44,661 nucleotides of DNA from a virus (IMGVR_UViG_3300044878_000086:1-44661); one strand, 5' to 3'. Counted from the stretch's first letter, positions 1-8,398 are shown. Notes: generated by a model not told the origin, from the letters alone. Translations and numbers: made by a program.

Positions 1-332
1 TTGCGGCGATGATTGAGATGACCGGCCAGGATATGGTCGAGTCTTATGCTGATTTATTGGTTCAGCATTTCAAAGAGAGAAGGCTCAAACTGGGCGCGCC
101 GCGCAATGTGGTCGCCCAGGTCAGCGGGAATGTAATTCAGGTCAACTTCGGCACCAAGGGCGCAGCCTCTTGGAATGCCCGGAAAACGTACCAGGCGCCA
201 TCAAAACGGCGTCAGTTTGCCAATCGCGTCAGCCTCTTGCCTATCCGAGTCCCTTCCACGGCACCAAACGCCAATTCTACGGCGGTCCCTTCCACGTCAC
301 CTGATACTGTTATTCCATACAGTAGTTGTTAA
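1..332 (+). CDS. 3' part of a phage early regulatory protein, possibly CII-like (frame open from window start)
   Basis: No stop upstream of the ORF-track ATG at 9; position just upstream of the replication module; C-terminal part may be read-through. Confidence 0.4.
   Translation, partial: AAMIEMTGQDMVESYADLLVQHFKERRLKLGAPRNVVAQVSGNVIQVNFGTKGAASWNARKTYQAPSKRRQFANRVSLLPIRVPSTAPNANSTAVPSTSPDTVIPYSSC
305..324. promoter_or_regulatory. LexA (SOS) box
   Basis: TACTGTTATTCCATACAGTA = TA-CTGT-N8-ACAG-TA, the gammaproteobacterial LexA consensus. Confidence 0.8.
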
Positions 333-352
333 CTTACCAGACCGAACAATTA

Positions 353-388
353 CGCGCCACGTTTTGCGCATCAAGAAAACGTAGCGCG
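353..388. repeat. 36-bp inverted repeat family, copy 1
   Basis: CGCGCCACG-N18-CGTAGCGCG; other copies at 13138, 36233, 41976. Confidence 0.8.
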
Positions 389-550
389 GGATCATATAGG
401 CACTACATGGTGGTTGCGATGATGGCGCCAGAAAATAGTCGGGCCGCTGGTCGAGTGGTAAAAGTGGCAGGTTTTGGCCCATTTCCGCGCGCCTGGGCGA
501 GGTCGTGAGCGTGCCTGCTGAGCTGGTCGAAAATAAATAACCTTTTCAGG

Positions 551-579
551 TTGAACATTCGCGCCGCCAGGGTTACTGT
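551..579 (+). promoter_or_regulatory. sigma70-type promoter of the KorA-like gene
   Basis: TTGAAC-17bp-TACTGT; palindrome AACCT-TTTC-AGGTT (539-552) abuts the -35. Confidence 0.55.
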
Positions 580-602
580 GATTCGTACAAGAGGGGTGAA
601 CC

Positions 603-815
603 ATGAATGCCATGAATAACGACCAATTCGACAAACTGTCAGAGCTCATCGATTCAGATGGCGGGCCAGGCGCACAAGGCGCGCGGCTCGTCCTGGTGGA
701 AGGCGTGAAGGCAAAAGAGGCTGCCGAGGTGGTGGGCGTGACCTTCCAATCGGTCTACAAGTCCGTGCGCCGTTTCAAGAAAGCATTCGAGCTGGCTAAG
801 GCTGTCCATCAGTAG
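603..815 (+). CDS. KorA/TrfB-like HTH transcriptional repressor
   Basis: GARLVLVEG..AKEAAEVVGVTFQSVYKSVRRF resembles the KorA/TrfB HTH; SD GAGGGG upstream. Confidence 0.65.
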   Translation: MNAMNNDQFDKLSELIDSDGGPGAQGARLVLVEGVKAKEAAEVVGVTFQSVYKSVRRFKKAFELAKAVHQ

Positions 816-855
816 AGCCTAGATTTTCGTTTCAAGGCGGTATACCGTGCAAGCC

Positions 856-873
856 AGTCTCTCTGAAGGGACC
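856..873. promoter_or_regulatory. 18-bp palindromic operator-like site
   Basis: AGTCTCT-CTGA-AGGGACC; family consensus RGTCYCT-N4-AGGGACY. Confidence 0.75.
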
Positions 874-882
874 GCAGAGCAC

Positions 883-913
883 AAAAAAATGCCCCGGCGG
901 ATCAGGCCGGGGC
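883..913 (-). terminator. intrinsic terminator on the minus strand
   Basis: GCCCCGGC/GCCGGGGC stem; A7 at 883-889 gives a U-tract on the minus strand. Confidence 0.7.
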
Positions 914-946
914 GGATGTATCTATTACAGCAAAGGAAATGGAAGT

Positions 947-1030
947 ATGACATACGCAATTGAGTGCGCAAGTACCTGTTCGACTATTGGTTTGCTGGCT
1001 TCTACCCCTGATAAAGGGGGTGAGTTGTGA
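947..1030 (+). CDS. 27-aa candidate leader peptide overlapping the rep start (GTGA)
   Basis: ATG 947 with AAGGA SD, TGA 1028-1030 overlapping GTG 1027; below the ORF-track cutoff. Confidence 0.35.
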   Translation: MTYAIECASTCSTIGLLASTPDKGGEL

Positions 1031-1782
1031 GCATCGTCAGAGCGCCGCGTCCAGAAACAAAGTTCTACATACTCGACAAGTCCATCAGTGAGGACAAGCG
1101 CCTCGGGTGGGCTGCCAGGGGCTTTCTGATTTACCTGCTGGGCAAACCAGACCACTGGCAGGTCAGCATTCAAGCGCTGGTCAATGAGGTGTCTGAAGCG
1201 TCTGAGAAGTCGGCCAGGGATCGTACATATTCGATCATTAGTCAGCTCATCGAAGCTGGATATATCACTCGAACCCAAGGCAAAGGGGAGGGCGGAAAGT
1301 TTTCGTCCTACGACTACGTAGTGTCCGAGACGCCGCTTACGGATTTACCGGATACGGACTGCCCGGATACGGGTGAACCGCATCCGGTAAAACCGACGCA
1401 AGTAAGAAATGAACTAAAACAAGAACTTAAAAAAGCAACTTTAGTCACCGCTGAAGCGGAGACACCTCCGGCGCCAGAAGCTGTACAGCATGAAAAAATC
1501 CGCGAGCTGTACAACCGGATCCTCGGTGGAGTGCTCCCGCGATGCCTTGGCCTTAGCGACAAGCACCGCAAGCACATACACGCTGCGTACAATCTGAAAC
1601 TCGACGGAAAGTTCCCGGTCCGTGAAGGTGGCTTGGAATTCTGGGAAGGTCTGTTCAACGACGTGCTTGATTGCCCGTTCTTGCTTGGAACCAACGGCCG
1701 CGCCTGGAAAGCTGACTTTGCCTTCCTGACGACTGCCACCAAGATTCAGAGCTTCATGGAGGGGAAATACGATGCAAGCTGA
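1027..1782 (+). CDS. phage replication initiator (lambda O-like, N-terminal HTH)
   Basis: DKRLGWAARGFLIYLL..PDHW N-terminus; WKADFAFL C-terminal motif; internal iterons; directly upstream of DnaB. Confidence 0.85.
   Translation: MSIVRAPRPETKFYILDKSISEDKRLGWAARGFLIYLLGKPDHWQVSIQALVNEVSEASEKSARDRTYSIISQLIEAGYITRTQGKGEGGKFSSYDYVVSETPLTDLPDTDCPDTGEPHPVKPTQVRNELKQELKKATLVTAEAETPPAPEAVQHEKIRELYNRILGGVLPRCLGLSDKHRKHIHAAYNLKLDGKFPVREGGLEFWEGLFNDVLDCPFLLGTNGRAWKADFAFLTTATKIQSFMEGKYDAS
1333..1443. repeat. origin of replication: 15-bp-period iterons plus A-rich tract
   Basis: CCGCTTACGG / CCGGATACGG / CCGGATACGG / CCGCATCCGG at 1333, 1348, 1363, 1378, followed by an A-rich segment, as in lambdoid ori. 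Confidence 0.7.
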
Positions 1783-3160
1783 ACGCCCCCTGATTGCCAA
1801 TGAGGCCGAGCACGGCGTGCTGGGCGCCCTGATGCACGAACCTGAGCAGTGCGAAGAGATCGGCGCGACCCTGGATCCGGCGCACTTCAGCAATGAAGAC
1901 AACGGCGCGCTGTACGCCATGATCCTGGGCTGCCACTCGAAGAAGGTTCGCCCCGACTCGATTACGCTTTCCGAAATCCGCGCAGAGCTGCCGAGCGGCG
2001 AGCTGACCATTGTCTACGCCTCCGACATCATGCGGAACGTGCCGAGCGCGGCGAACGGCAAGCACTACGCAAAGATCGTGATCGAGCGCGCCAATGCCCG
2101 CAAGCTTTACGAGGTCGGCCAGCAGCTGATGGAGCTGGCCATGAGTGCCGGCGTTGTGTCTGAGCAGGTCTCCCGGGCTCAGGCGCTAGTGATGGAGCTC
2201 AACGCTCAAGACGAATCGCCCGACGTGGTAACGATGAAGCATGCATTGGGCTACGTGTTCGACGACATTCAAGATCGCGCTGACGGAAAACAGTTCATGG
2301 GCGAGGACTTCGGCCTGGCTGACTTGGACGGCATTGTCAAAAGCCTGCGCCCGGGAAACCTGGTCATCATCGCCGGACGCCCGGGCACTGGTAAAACAGT
2401 CCTCGGCACCGGACTGGCGGATCGTGTCGGCAAGCGTGGTGGAGGATCGCTGGTGTTCTCGCTGGAGATGCCGACCAAGGAACTGGCCAAGCGTTCGCTG
2501 GCTGCCGAGTCGGGCGTAAGTCAGAACATCATCGAGTCCGGCGAGGTGGTTAAGAGCGACGAGGCCATGGCCAAGCTCACTTGCGCCGTGGCCAAACTGT
2601 CCAGCGCCGATATCCGGATCTGCGACAAGGGTGCGCTGACGTTCTCCCGGATCTGCAGTATTGCCCGATTCGAGAACCGCGCCAAGAAGCTGGACCTGAT
2701 CGTCGTCGACTACCTGAGCCTGATCGCCACCGACCCAAACAGCAAGATCCAGAACCGAAACCTTGAGCTTGGATCGTACACCCGGGGCTTCAAGGCGCTG
2801 GCCAAGGAGCTGGGTATTCCGGTCGTGGTCCTGGCCCAGCTCAACCGTGGAATTGAGAGCCGCACCGATCCGAAGCCGAAGATGAGCGACCTTCGCGACT
2901 CCGGCGAGATCGAGAACGACGCCGACGTCATCATCATGGCGCACCGGGACAAGGACAGCGAGCACGGCCGCAACGGGCTGACTGAAGTGGACGTGGTCAA
3001 GGTTCGGCACGCAAGCCCGAACAACTGCATCCTACAATTCCAGGGCGAGTACGCACGGTTTGTGAGTGCCGTTCGCACCGACTACGAGCAGTCAAGCCAG
3101 CCGGAGCCAGAAAGGTCGCCGCGCCGATCTGCCCGGGCATCGCTCAAGGAGGTTTTCTGA
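1772..3160 (+). CDS. dnaB: replicative DnaB-like helicase
   Basis: Walker A GRPGTGKT, FSLEM, VVDYL, LAQLNR, DLRDSGEIENDAD motifs. Confidence 0.95.
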   Translation: MQAERPLIANEAEHGVLGALMHEPEQCEEIGATLDPAHFSNEDNGALYAMILGCHSKKVRPDSITLSEIRAELPSGELTIVYASDIMRNVPSAANGKHYAKIVIERANARKLYEVGQQLMELAMSAGVVSEQVSRAQALVMELNAQDESPDVVTMKHALGYVFDDIQDRADGKQFMGEDFGLADLDGIVKSLRPGNLVIIAGRPGTGKTVLGTGLADRVGKRGGGSLVFSLEMPTKELAKRSLAAESGVSQNIIESGEVVKSDEAMAKLTCAVAKLSSADIRICDKGALTFSRICSIARFENRAKKLDLIVVDYLSLIATDPNSKIQNRNLELGSYTRGFKALAKELGIPVVVLAQLNRGIESRTDPKPKMSDLRDSGEIENDADVIIMAHRDKDSEHGRNGLTEVDVVKVRHASPNNCILQFQGEYARFVSAVRTDYEQSSQPEPERSPRRSARASLKEVF

Positions 3161-3837
3161 TGATTACGATTCTGCGACCAGTCCGCAAACAGTTCCGCAG
3201 CACGATCTTTCCCTATGCCGGCTACGAAATGCGCTCGCACTCCGAAACTCGCTGGGCAGCCATGATGGACGCGATGGGTGTGACCTGGATCTACGAGCCG
3301 CAAGTCATCGGCACGCGGCACGGCGGATACATGCCTGATTTCTTCCTGCCCGATGTTGGAATGTTCATCGAGGTTAAAGGACCAGCGCCGACCAAGGTTG
3401 AGCGCGAGAAGGCATTCGACGCCCAGGCAGCAACCGGTTACCCGGTGGTTTTCGCCTATGGCCGCACGGAAATGATCGGCGCAGAGCTGTATCACGGGAT
3501 GCTCAGCTACTACGGGCTGTCCGGGGCTGTGAGCTTTTCGACTACCGAGATCGGCGCGCTGGTTCGACAGAACTACGACATGGCCACCTATGCGGCGTAC
3601 CTGACTGCCGGTGAGCACCAGGACGCGCCGAAAGCATTCGCAGCGATAGCCATTGCCGGAGAAATCATCTTCAAGATGCTACCCCGCGACGATCAAGAGG
3701 ACTATTTGCGCGGGCTGCATGCTCCGCTGAACGAGGCGAAGTTGAGCGCGCCGCGTGAGGCAAGCCTTGCAGAGCGAGCATTGACAAGCATTGCCGAACG
3801 CATGGTCCGGGCATTCAAGGTGACGGCGGTAGCTTGA
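3160..3837 (+). CDS. PD-(D/E)XK-fold nuclease-like phage protein
   Basis: RSHSETRWA..YEP..YMPDFFL..FIEVKG pattern. Confidence 0.65.
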   Translation: MITILRPVRKQFRSTIFPYAGYEMRSHSETRWAAMMDAMGVTWIYEPQVIGTRHGGYMPDFFLPDVGMFIEVKGPAPTKVEREKAFDAQAATGYPVVFAYGRTEMIGAELYHGMLSYYGLSGAVSFSTTEIGALVRQNYDMATYAAYLTAGEHQDAPKAFAAIAIAGEIIFKMLPRDDQEDYLRGLHAPLNEAKLSAPREASLAERALTSIAERMVRAFKVTAVA

Positions 3838-3953
3838 GCACAAGCGCGCCTAATCCCGTGTGGATAAACAAGCGCGGTGATTGCTCGAAAAACGGAATAG
3901 AACCTGCCTGGCGCGATGTCAGGCAGGATCAACGGGATATAGGGGTGGAAAGG

Positions 3954-4559
3954 ATGAGTGATAAATCAGCAGTTGAACGATTCGACATATCAAGCTGCGG
4001 CGACAGGAATTGCGACCCGCTCGTATTGAGCGATGACGGCGTGTATGTCGAGTATGTCGAATACGAGGCCCTGCTTGCCGAGATCGAGCGCCTGCGGACT
4101 GCCGAAGGCGCTGCCATGACCTACAAGGCCGGAATGGAGAACGTCGCCCAGCAGCGGGACGAGATCAAAAAGAGCCTCGACGCAATCGACAAAGAACTGC
4201 GCGGCAAGGTCAATGATCCAGACCCGTTGCGCCCGATATTCCCTGGCGCTGCATCGTTTACGACGACCTATGGCCTAGTGGCTGGAATTCGACGTGAGCG
4301 CGACCAGCTCAAGGCTGAGCTCAAGCGTCAGTCGCTGCAGTTCAAGGAATGGCAGGCAAGTCACCACGCGAACTATGTTCAGGTGGCTGATGAGCGCGAC
4401 GAGCTCAAGGCCGAAAACGAGCGCCTGCGCAAGGGCGCCGATCGCTGGAAATGGCTGGAGGGCTCAGCAGATTCCGCGACCTGGGAGCAGATCGGGTATC
4501 AAGAGCAAATGAATCGTCACCTGCACGTTGACGCCGCCATGGGCAAGGGAGAGCAGTAA
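3954..4559 (+). CDS. Ead/Ea22-like coiled-coil hypothetical protein
   Basis: Repeated ERDQLKAE/ERDELKAENERLR coiled-coil; start placed at the ATG after GGAAAGG. Confidence 0.6.
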   Translation: MSDKSAVERFDISSCGDRNCDPLVLSDDGVYVEYVEYEALLAEIERLRTAEGAAMTYKAGMENVAQQRDEIKKSLDAIDKELRGKVNDPDPLRPIFPGAASFTTTYGLVAGIRRERDQLKAELKRQSLQFKEWQASHHANYVQVADERDELKAENERLRKGADRWKWLEGSADSATWEQIGYQEQMNRHLHVDAAMGKGEQ

Positions 4560-4563
4560 CCAA

Positions 4564-4608
4564 GTGAGTACAAGGCGCACCGTGAGCATGGTACTCACGG
4601 TGCGCCTT
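4564..4608. repeat. 9-bp-period array containing a 15-bp perfect inverted repeat (parS-like; possible bidirectional terminator)
   Basis: GTGAGTACA AGGCGCACC GTGAGCATG GTACTCACG GTGCGCCTT between convergent genes. Confidence 0.7.
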
Positions 4609-4610
4609 TC

Positions 4611-4847
4611 TCAGCCCCTTGCCCGTAATGCGGCAGCCTCGACCTTCTCCACTGCGGAATCCAGATAAAACGCCAGACACATCTGCAGATGGTCCACCTG
4701 TTTGCCTAGCGACTGGCTTTCGGTCATGTCGTCGCACGCCTGCCACTGCTGATAGCGCTCGCGAAATTCGTGCACCATTTTAAGCGCGAAGGCGTCCAGG
4801 GTCACGGTGACTTCGTCGGCGCGCGCTTGCGGTTTTTTAGTCGGCAT
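4611..4847 (-). CDS. hypothetical protein, third gene of the par operon
   Basis: ATG at 4847 preceded by AAAGGAG; MPTKKPQARADEV... Confidence 0.6.
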   Translation of the reverse strand: MPTKKPQARADEVTVTLDAFALKMVHEFRERYQQWQACDDMTESQSLGKQVDHLQMCLAFYLDSAVEKVEAAALRARG

Positions 4848-4872
4848 AAAACTGGCTCCTTTCTGGCTTTTT

Positions 4873-4908
4873 GTGAGTATGGTGATGCCGGTGATCACCG
4901 TGAGTGCT
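4873..4908. repeat. 9-bp-period array (parS-like)
   Basis: GTGAGTATG GTGATGCCG GTGATCACC GTGAGTGCT at the 3' end of the RHH gene. Confidence 0.7.
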
Positions 4909-5113
4909 TGGCAACATACTGCTCGATAAACTCCTGAATCACCGTCGTCATGTCCGACTCGTTGCGCATGCAGGCCCGGCGGAACCGTTCGTGTTTCTCC
5001 GCATCGAGGCGCACGTTCAGGCGCTTCTCTTCTGAGACTGGCTTGCTGGCCTTGGCCAGGATCTTCGGCGCCCTGTCGGCGACCTTGCTGGGTGCTGTGG
5101 TGAGTAGTGCCAT
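4895..5113 (-). CDS. ParG-like ribbon-helix-helix centromere-binding protein
   Basis: Unstructured N-terminus then KRLNVRLDAEKHERFRRAC..MTTVIQEFIEQY; directly downstream of ParA. Confidence 0.8.
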   Translation of the reverse strand: MALLTTAPSKVADRAPKILAKASKPVSEEKRLNVRLDAEKHERFRRACMRNESDMTTVIQEFIEQYVAKHSR

Positions 5114-5115
5114 GG

Positions 5116-5724
5116 TCAGGCCTCCAATAGTTTCTTGACGGCTTCAGCGAAGCGCAGCGACTCCAGGCGTATCTCGCTGTCGCCGCTTCTCGTTGGTGTT
5201 TTCCCTCGGGCGATGGCTGTCGGGTATCCGATCCGGTCGCGCAGGGGCACGCTGAGCACCGGCAAGCCGTACCCATTCAGCGCCTCGGCGATGTCTCGAC
5301 CGAGCAGCGTGTTCTGGTCCAGCCGATTGACGTACAGCGCGGCGATGAACTCAGGCCTATGCGCCTTGTGCGCTTTCATCAGCTCGATTGAGTCGGAGGC
5401 TGCCCAGATGTCGAAGATGCTCGGCGCGCAGGGCAGCAGCGCCATGTCCAGGTAGGGCAGTGCATCCGCAGACAATTCCCCCTTTGTGTCGATCACCGCG
5501 TAGTCAAACCCCGACAACTCCTTCAGGTCCGCCAGGCTGTCGGCGGTGAATATCTCAAGCGTGGCCGGCAGCTTCGCAATCTCTACCCATCGGCTGACGC
5601 TGCCTTGCGGGTCGGTATCGATCAGGGCAACGCGGTGTTTCTGAGCCAGCGCCCCGGCCAGGGTGACCGCGCTGGTTGACTTGCCAGCCCCGCCCTTCTG
5701 CGTCCACAACCCGATCTTTTTCAT
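5116..5724 (-). CDS. parA: ParA/ParF-type partition ATPase (type Ib, no N-terminal HTH)
   Basis: Deviant Walker A QKGGAGKST, LIDTDPQGS, VIDT. Confidence 0.9.
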   Translation of the reverse strand: MKKIGLWTQKGGAGKSTSAVTLAGALAQKHRVALIDTDPQGSVSRWVEIAKLPATLEIFTADSLADLKELSGFDYAVIDTKGELSADALPYLDMALLPCAPSIFDIWAASDSIELMKAHKAHRPEFIAALYVNRLDQNTLLGRDIAEALNGYGLPVLSVPLRDRIGYPTAIARGKTPTRSGDSEIRLESLRFAEAVKKLLEA

Positions 5725-5758
5725 GAGTACAGTGCCCATCGTGAGTATTTGACTCACA
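5723..5758. promoter_or_regulatory. 9-bp-period array at the parA start (par operator)
   Basis: ATGAGTACA GTGCCCATC GTGAGTATT TGACTCACA. Confidence 0.6.
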
Positions 5759-5771
5759 GATTACATCTATC

Positions 5772-5839
5772 TTGCGGATTCCGCTTGCGCTGGTTGCAGA
5801 TTCCGCCTACAGTCTCTCCAGAGGGACCAGAAAGGGACC
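5772..5839 (+). promoter_or_regulatory. sigma70 promoter with two GCRGATTCCGC operators and an 18-bp palindrome
   Basis: TTGCGC(5785)-17-TACAGT(5808); TTGCRGATTCCGC at 5772 and 5794; AGTCTCT-CCAG-AGGGACC 5811-5828 plus an extra AGGGACC half-site at 5833. Confidence 0.7.
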
Positions 5840-5864
5840 AAAAATCAAAAAGGGGTGGAAGGAA

Positions 5865-6047
5865 ATGGCAAAGGCGCAAAACACCGGATTCATCATAGAA
5901 ACCAGCGCAAATGGTTCGTGGGCTCAGCTCAATCCGAGCGATCGCTTCATGACAAAGAGAAAGGCCACGGCAGCAGCCAAGGCGAGATGCTCAGGCGCCG
6001 AATGGCGAATCAGTCCAGCCCTCCCGTTTCCTCGAAACCCTAACTAA
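5865..6047 (+). CDS. small basic hypothetical protein
   Basis: ATG after GGAAGG; first gene after the promoter. Confidence 0.55.
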   Translation: MAKAQNTGFIIETSANGSWAQLNPSDRFMTKRKATAAAKARCSGAEWRISPALPFPRNPN

Positions 6048-6064
6048 TTCACAGCGGAACAACG

Positions 6065-6271
6065 ATGAAGCTGGATAAAAACAACACGCAGAGCAACCCG
6101 GAATACATCCGGGGCCTGATCAAGAAGTCCGGGATGACCCAGAAGGGCGCTGCCGAATCTATCGGCGTGGCCCCCCGGACCTTGGCGGACTGGCTCAACG
6201 GAAACGCAAAGTGGTCCTACCCGGCGCAGTACGCGCTGGAGTGTTTGGTTAAATACGGGGTGAAATCATGA
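6065..6271 (+). CDS. XRE-family HTH protein
   Basis: SGMTQKGAAESIGVAPRTLADW..G; YPAQYALECL tail. Confidence 0.8.
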   Translation: MKLDKNNTQSNPEYIRGLIKKSGMTQKGAAESIGVAPRTLADWLNGNAKWSYPAQYALECLVKYGVKS

Positions 6272-7485
6272 GCGCTACAGAATGGAAGTTTGTACCGGTT
6301 GAGCCGACAGAAGAAATGCGCTTGGCGTTTGGCAATCAGGTTCGTACTGGCGAGTACAACGACGGAACTCTTGTTGGGGATCTGTGCCTCGGTATTTATT
6401 CGGCCATGCTTGATGCCGCACCGGTGCCGCCATCGGTTGAAAGCCTGCTGGAAAACTGGACGCCGAGCGATCGGCAGGCATTCTCCAGATTCGTCAACAA
6501 GCACTTCCCGGCCGAAATGGACAGCTACGCTATCCAGTCGCTGGGCTCTGCCTGGAAAGATGGCCAGGCCAATGCTCAGCCACAACCCGCCGCCCACCTG
6601 ACCATCCCCGGCGCGCTGGAGTGGGATGGTGATAATGGTACTCACGGTGCGGACGGTGAGTCGCGTGAGAACGGTGAGTCTGAGGGCGACCACGAAGGCC
6701 GACAGCTTGAGTGGGAGCGCTGCGAGAACAAGCGACTGCGCGCCCTGCTCGAATGCTCGCAGGGCGATATGCGACAGGCCGATCAGATCATGGCCCGTCA
6801 GCGGGTTGAGCTGGACAACCTTGAACAATCGCGCCGCTCGTTCTTCGACTTGAGCCAGGATCTGGAGAAGAGGCTGGCCGAGCGGGATGCGGTTCTGAAT
6901 CAGGCATACATGGCGCTCATTGGCTACCTGCCAGGCCATCGCAACGACCTGACTGACTCGGCAATCTCGGCATGCAGCGCGACCCTGTTTCCGGTCGAGG
7001 CTAAAGCGGCCTGCTCACGCTGCGGCGACTGGGGCCACATCGAAACCGAAGACAGCGCCCATGACTGCCCTGAGTGCGGGCCGAGCGTGGTCGAGCGGGC
7101 TGTCGAGGCTGGGGTGATGAATGCGCCGAAGCCATACGCGGCTATGAGCGAGGCGGAGGCTGACGAATTCCTGTCGTCGTTCGGCGGTGGCAACGGCAAC
7201 AAGGCAAAGCGCCGGATCGCGGCATTGGCTGCGAACGCCAAGCCTGAATCCTTTCCATGCTGGAGTTGCAGGGCGCCGGTGACCGCGGCGAACCGCGCAG
7301 ACGCTGACGGCAACTGTCCGCACTGCGAGGCTGAGCTTGACCTCGAAGACTGGCCGATAGCCCAGGCCGCCAAGCCCAAGACCTGCATCGAATGCGATCA
7401 GCCCTACTGCCACGGCGTATGCGTTGAGCGCGGCGATCAGGACTATGACCGGGATCAGGCTGAGAGGGGTGGCTGCGATGAGTGA
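6268..7485 (+). CDS. mosaic hypothetical protein with several CxxC zinc-ribbon motifs
   Basis: VPVEPTEEM N-terminal motif, coiled coil, CSRC/CPEC, CWSC/CPHC, CIEC motifs. Confidence 0.7.
   Translation: MSATEWKFVPVEPTEEMRLAFGNQVRTGEYNDGTLVGDLCLGIYSAMLDAAPVPPSVESLLENWTPSDRQAFSRFVNKHFPAEMDSYAIQSLGSAWKDGQANAQPQPAAHLTIPGALEWDGDNGTHGADGESRENGESEGDHEGRQLEWERCENKRLRALLECSQGDMRQADQIMARQRVELDNLEQSRRSFFDLSQDLEKRLAERDAVLNQAYMALIGYLPGHRNDLTDSAISACSATLFPVEAKAACSRCGDWGHIETEDSAHDCPECGPSVVERAVEAGVMNAPKPYAAMSEAEADEFLSSFGGGNGNKAKRRIAALAANAKPESFPCWSCRAPVTAANRADADGNCPHCEAELDLEDWPIAQAAKPKTCIECDQPYCHGVCVERGDQDYDRDQAERGGCDE
6629..6682. repeat. six-unit 9-bp-period array inside a CDS (parS-like)
   Basis: GTGATAATG GTACTCACG GTGCGGACG GTGAGTCGC GTGAGAACG GTGAGTCTG. 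Confidence 0.7.
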
Positions 7486-7831
7486 AGTTAAGCGATACAC
7501 CTTCAAGGGCGCGGCCGGAACCTATGTCTACAGCGCCGACCATGATGCAGCCCTTGGTCGCGAGGTGGCGCTACAGGCTCGACTTGATGAGGCCAAGCGC
7601 TTGTTGCATACGGCAAGTATTCGCCTAGCCCTATGGCTTACCCCTGGCGACGATCCGCGCAAGCAGATCATTGCGTTTCTGTCCGGCGATGAGCCGCCTG
7701 CCAGCACGGAAAAAGCCCCAAAAGCCTGCGCTGCTTGCGACGGCTGGGGAGCTATCTCGACTGGCATCGACGAGGCGTCATCGACCAGCTGCAACAAATG
7801 CGACGGAACCGGAAAGGGTGGCGACCAATGA
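7478..7831 (+). CDS. hypothetical protein with DnaJ-type CxxCxGxG zinc finger
   Basis: CAACDGWG...CNKCDGTG. Confidence 0.65.
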   Translation: MSEVKRYTFKGAAGTYVYSADHDAALGREVALQARLDEAKRLLHTASIRLALWLTPGDDPRKQIIAFLSGDEPPASTEKAPKACAACDGWGAISTGIDEASSTSCNKCDGTGKGGDQ

Positions 7832-7935
7832 TCGTGCTCTCCATCTGGCTGGCAATCCAGCTCCCGCTTGGCCATCTGATCGGCCGGGTTCAGCGCCAAA
7901 AGCGCAAGTTTGACGAGGCGTTCAGGCATGGCTGA
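7828..7935 (+). CDS. small membrane peptide
   Basis: ATGA overlap; hydrophobic N-terminus and basic tail. Confidence 0.45.
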   Translation: MIVLSIWLAIQLPLGHLIGRVQRQKRKFDEAFRHG

Positions 7936-8398
7936 GCGGATAAGTGTCAACTGCCAGGCCAAGCTGTCCGAGGCCATCACCGCGCTCAGCGCAATGTTCC
8001 GCGACAAGAAGTTCGTGGTGGTCTCTCTTCGCCCAGGCAAGGATCGCACCCTGGATCAAAACGCGCTTTGGTTCGCCTTTTACAAGCGCATTTCCGAGAT
8101 GACGCAGATCGGCGACCCGGCGGACGCTCGACGCTACTGCAAATTGCACTTCGGTGTACAGATCCTGCTCAACGATGACCAGGAGTTCCAGCAGGCCTGG
8201 TATCGGGTCATGCGCCATCTGCCTTACGAGGAAAAGCTTTCCATGATGGGCGATTGCAAGTTGTTCGGGCCTGATGGCTTCCCTGTGACCAGTCTGTTCA
8301 ATCGCGCCCAAGGCATTGCCTTCACCGACCGAATCGTCGCCGAGTTCACAGCGCAAGGCGTGTTCTTCGGTGATCTGCTGAGCGAGGTGGCTGCATGA
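7928..8398 (+). CDS. ninB: NinB-like recombination protein
   Basis: RTLDQNALW motif; position upstream of NinG. Confidence 0.6.
   Translation: MAERISVNCQAKLSEAITALSAMFRDKKFVVVSLRPGKDRTLDQNALWFAFYKRISEMTQIGDPADARRYCKLHFGVQILLNDDQEFQQAWYRVMRHLPYEEKLSMMGDCKLFGPDGFPVTSLFNRAQGIAFTDRIVAEFTAQGVFFGDLLSEVAA

Noticed and set aside
574-591. Second LexA-like box TACTGTGATTCGTACAAG
   Set aside because: Spacing is N7 and the right half-site is wrong; TACTGT is better explained as a -10
826-839. TTCGTTTCAA match to the TnpB guide upstream of rep; partial CTCACCCC matches near 1017 and 12319
   Set aside because: Only 9-10 nt, guide-distal or mismatched in the seed; expected by chance in 45 kb
3941-5867. 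Repeated AGGGGTGGAA / GGGGTGA before several start codons
   Set aside because: Explained as extended Shine-Dalgarno sequences
4564-6682. CRISPR array or DGR repeats
   Set aside because: No constant repeat with unique spacers, no cas or reverse transcriptase gene, and no TR/VR pair noticed
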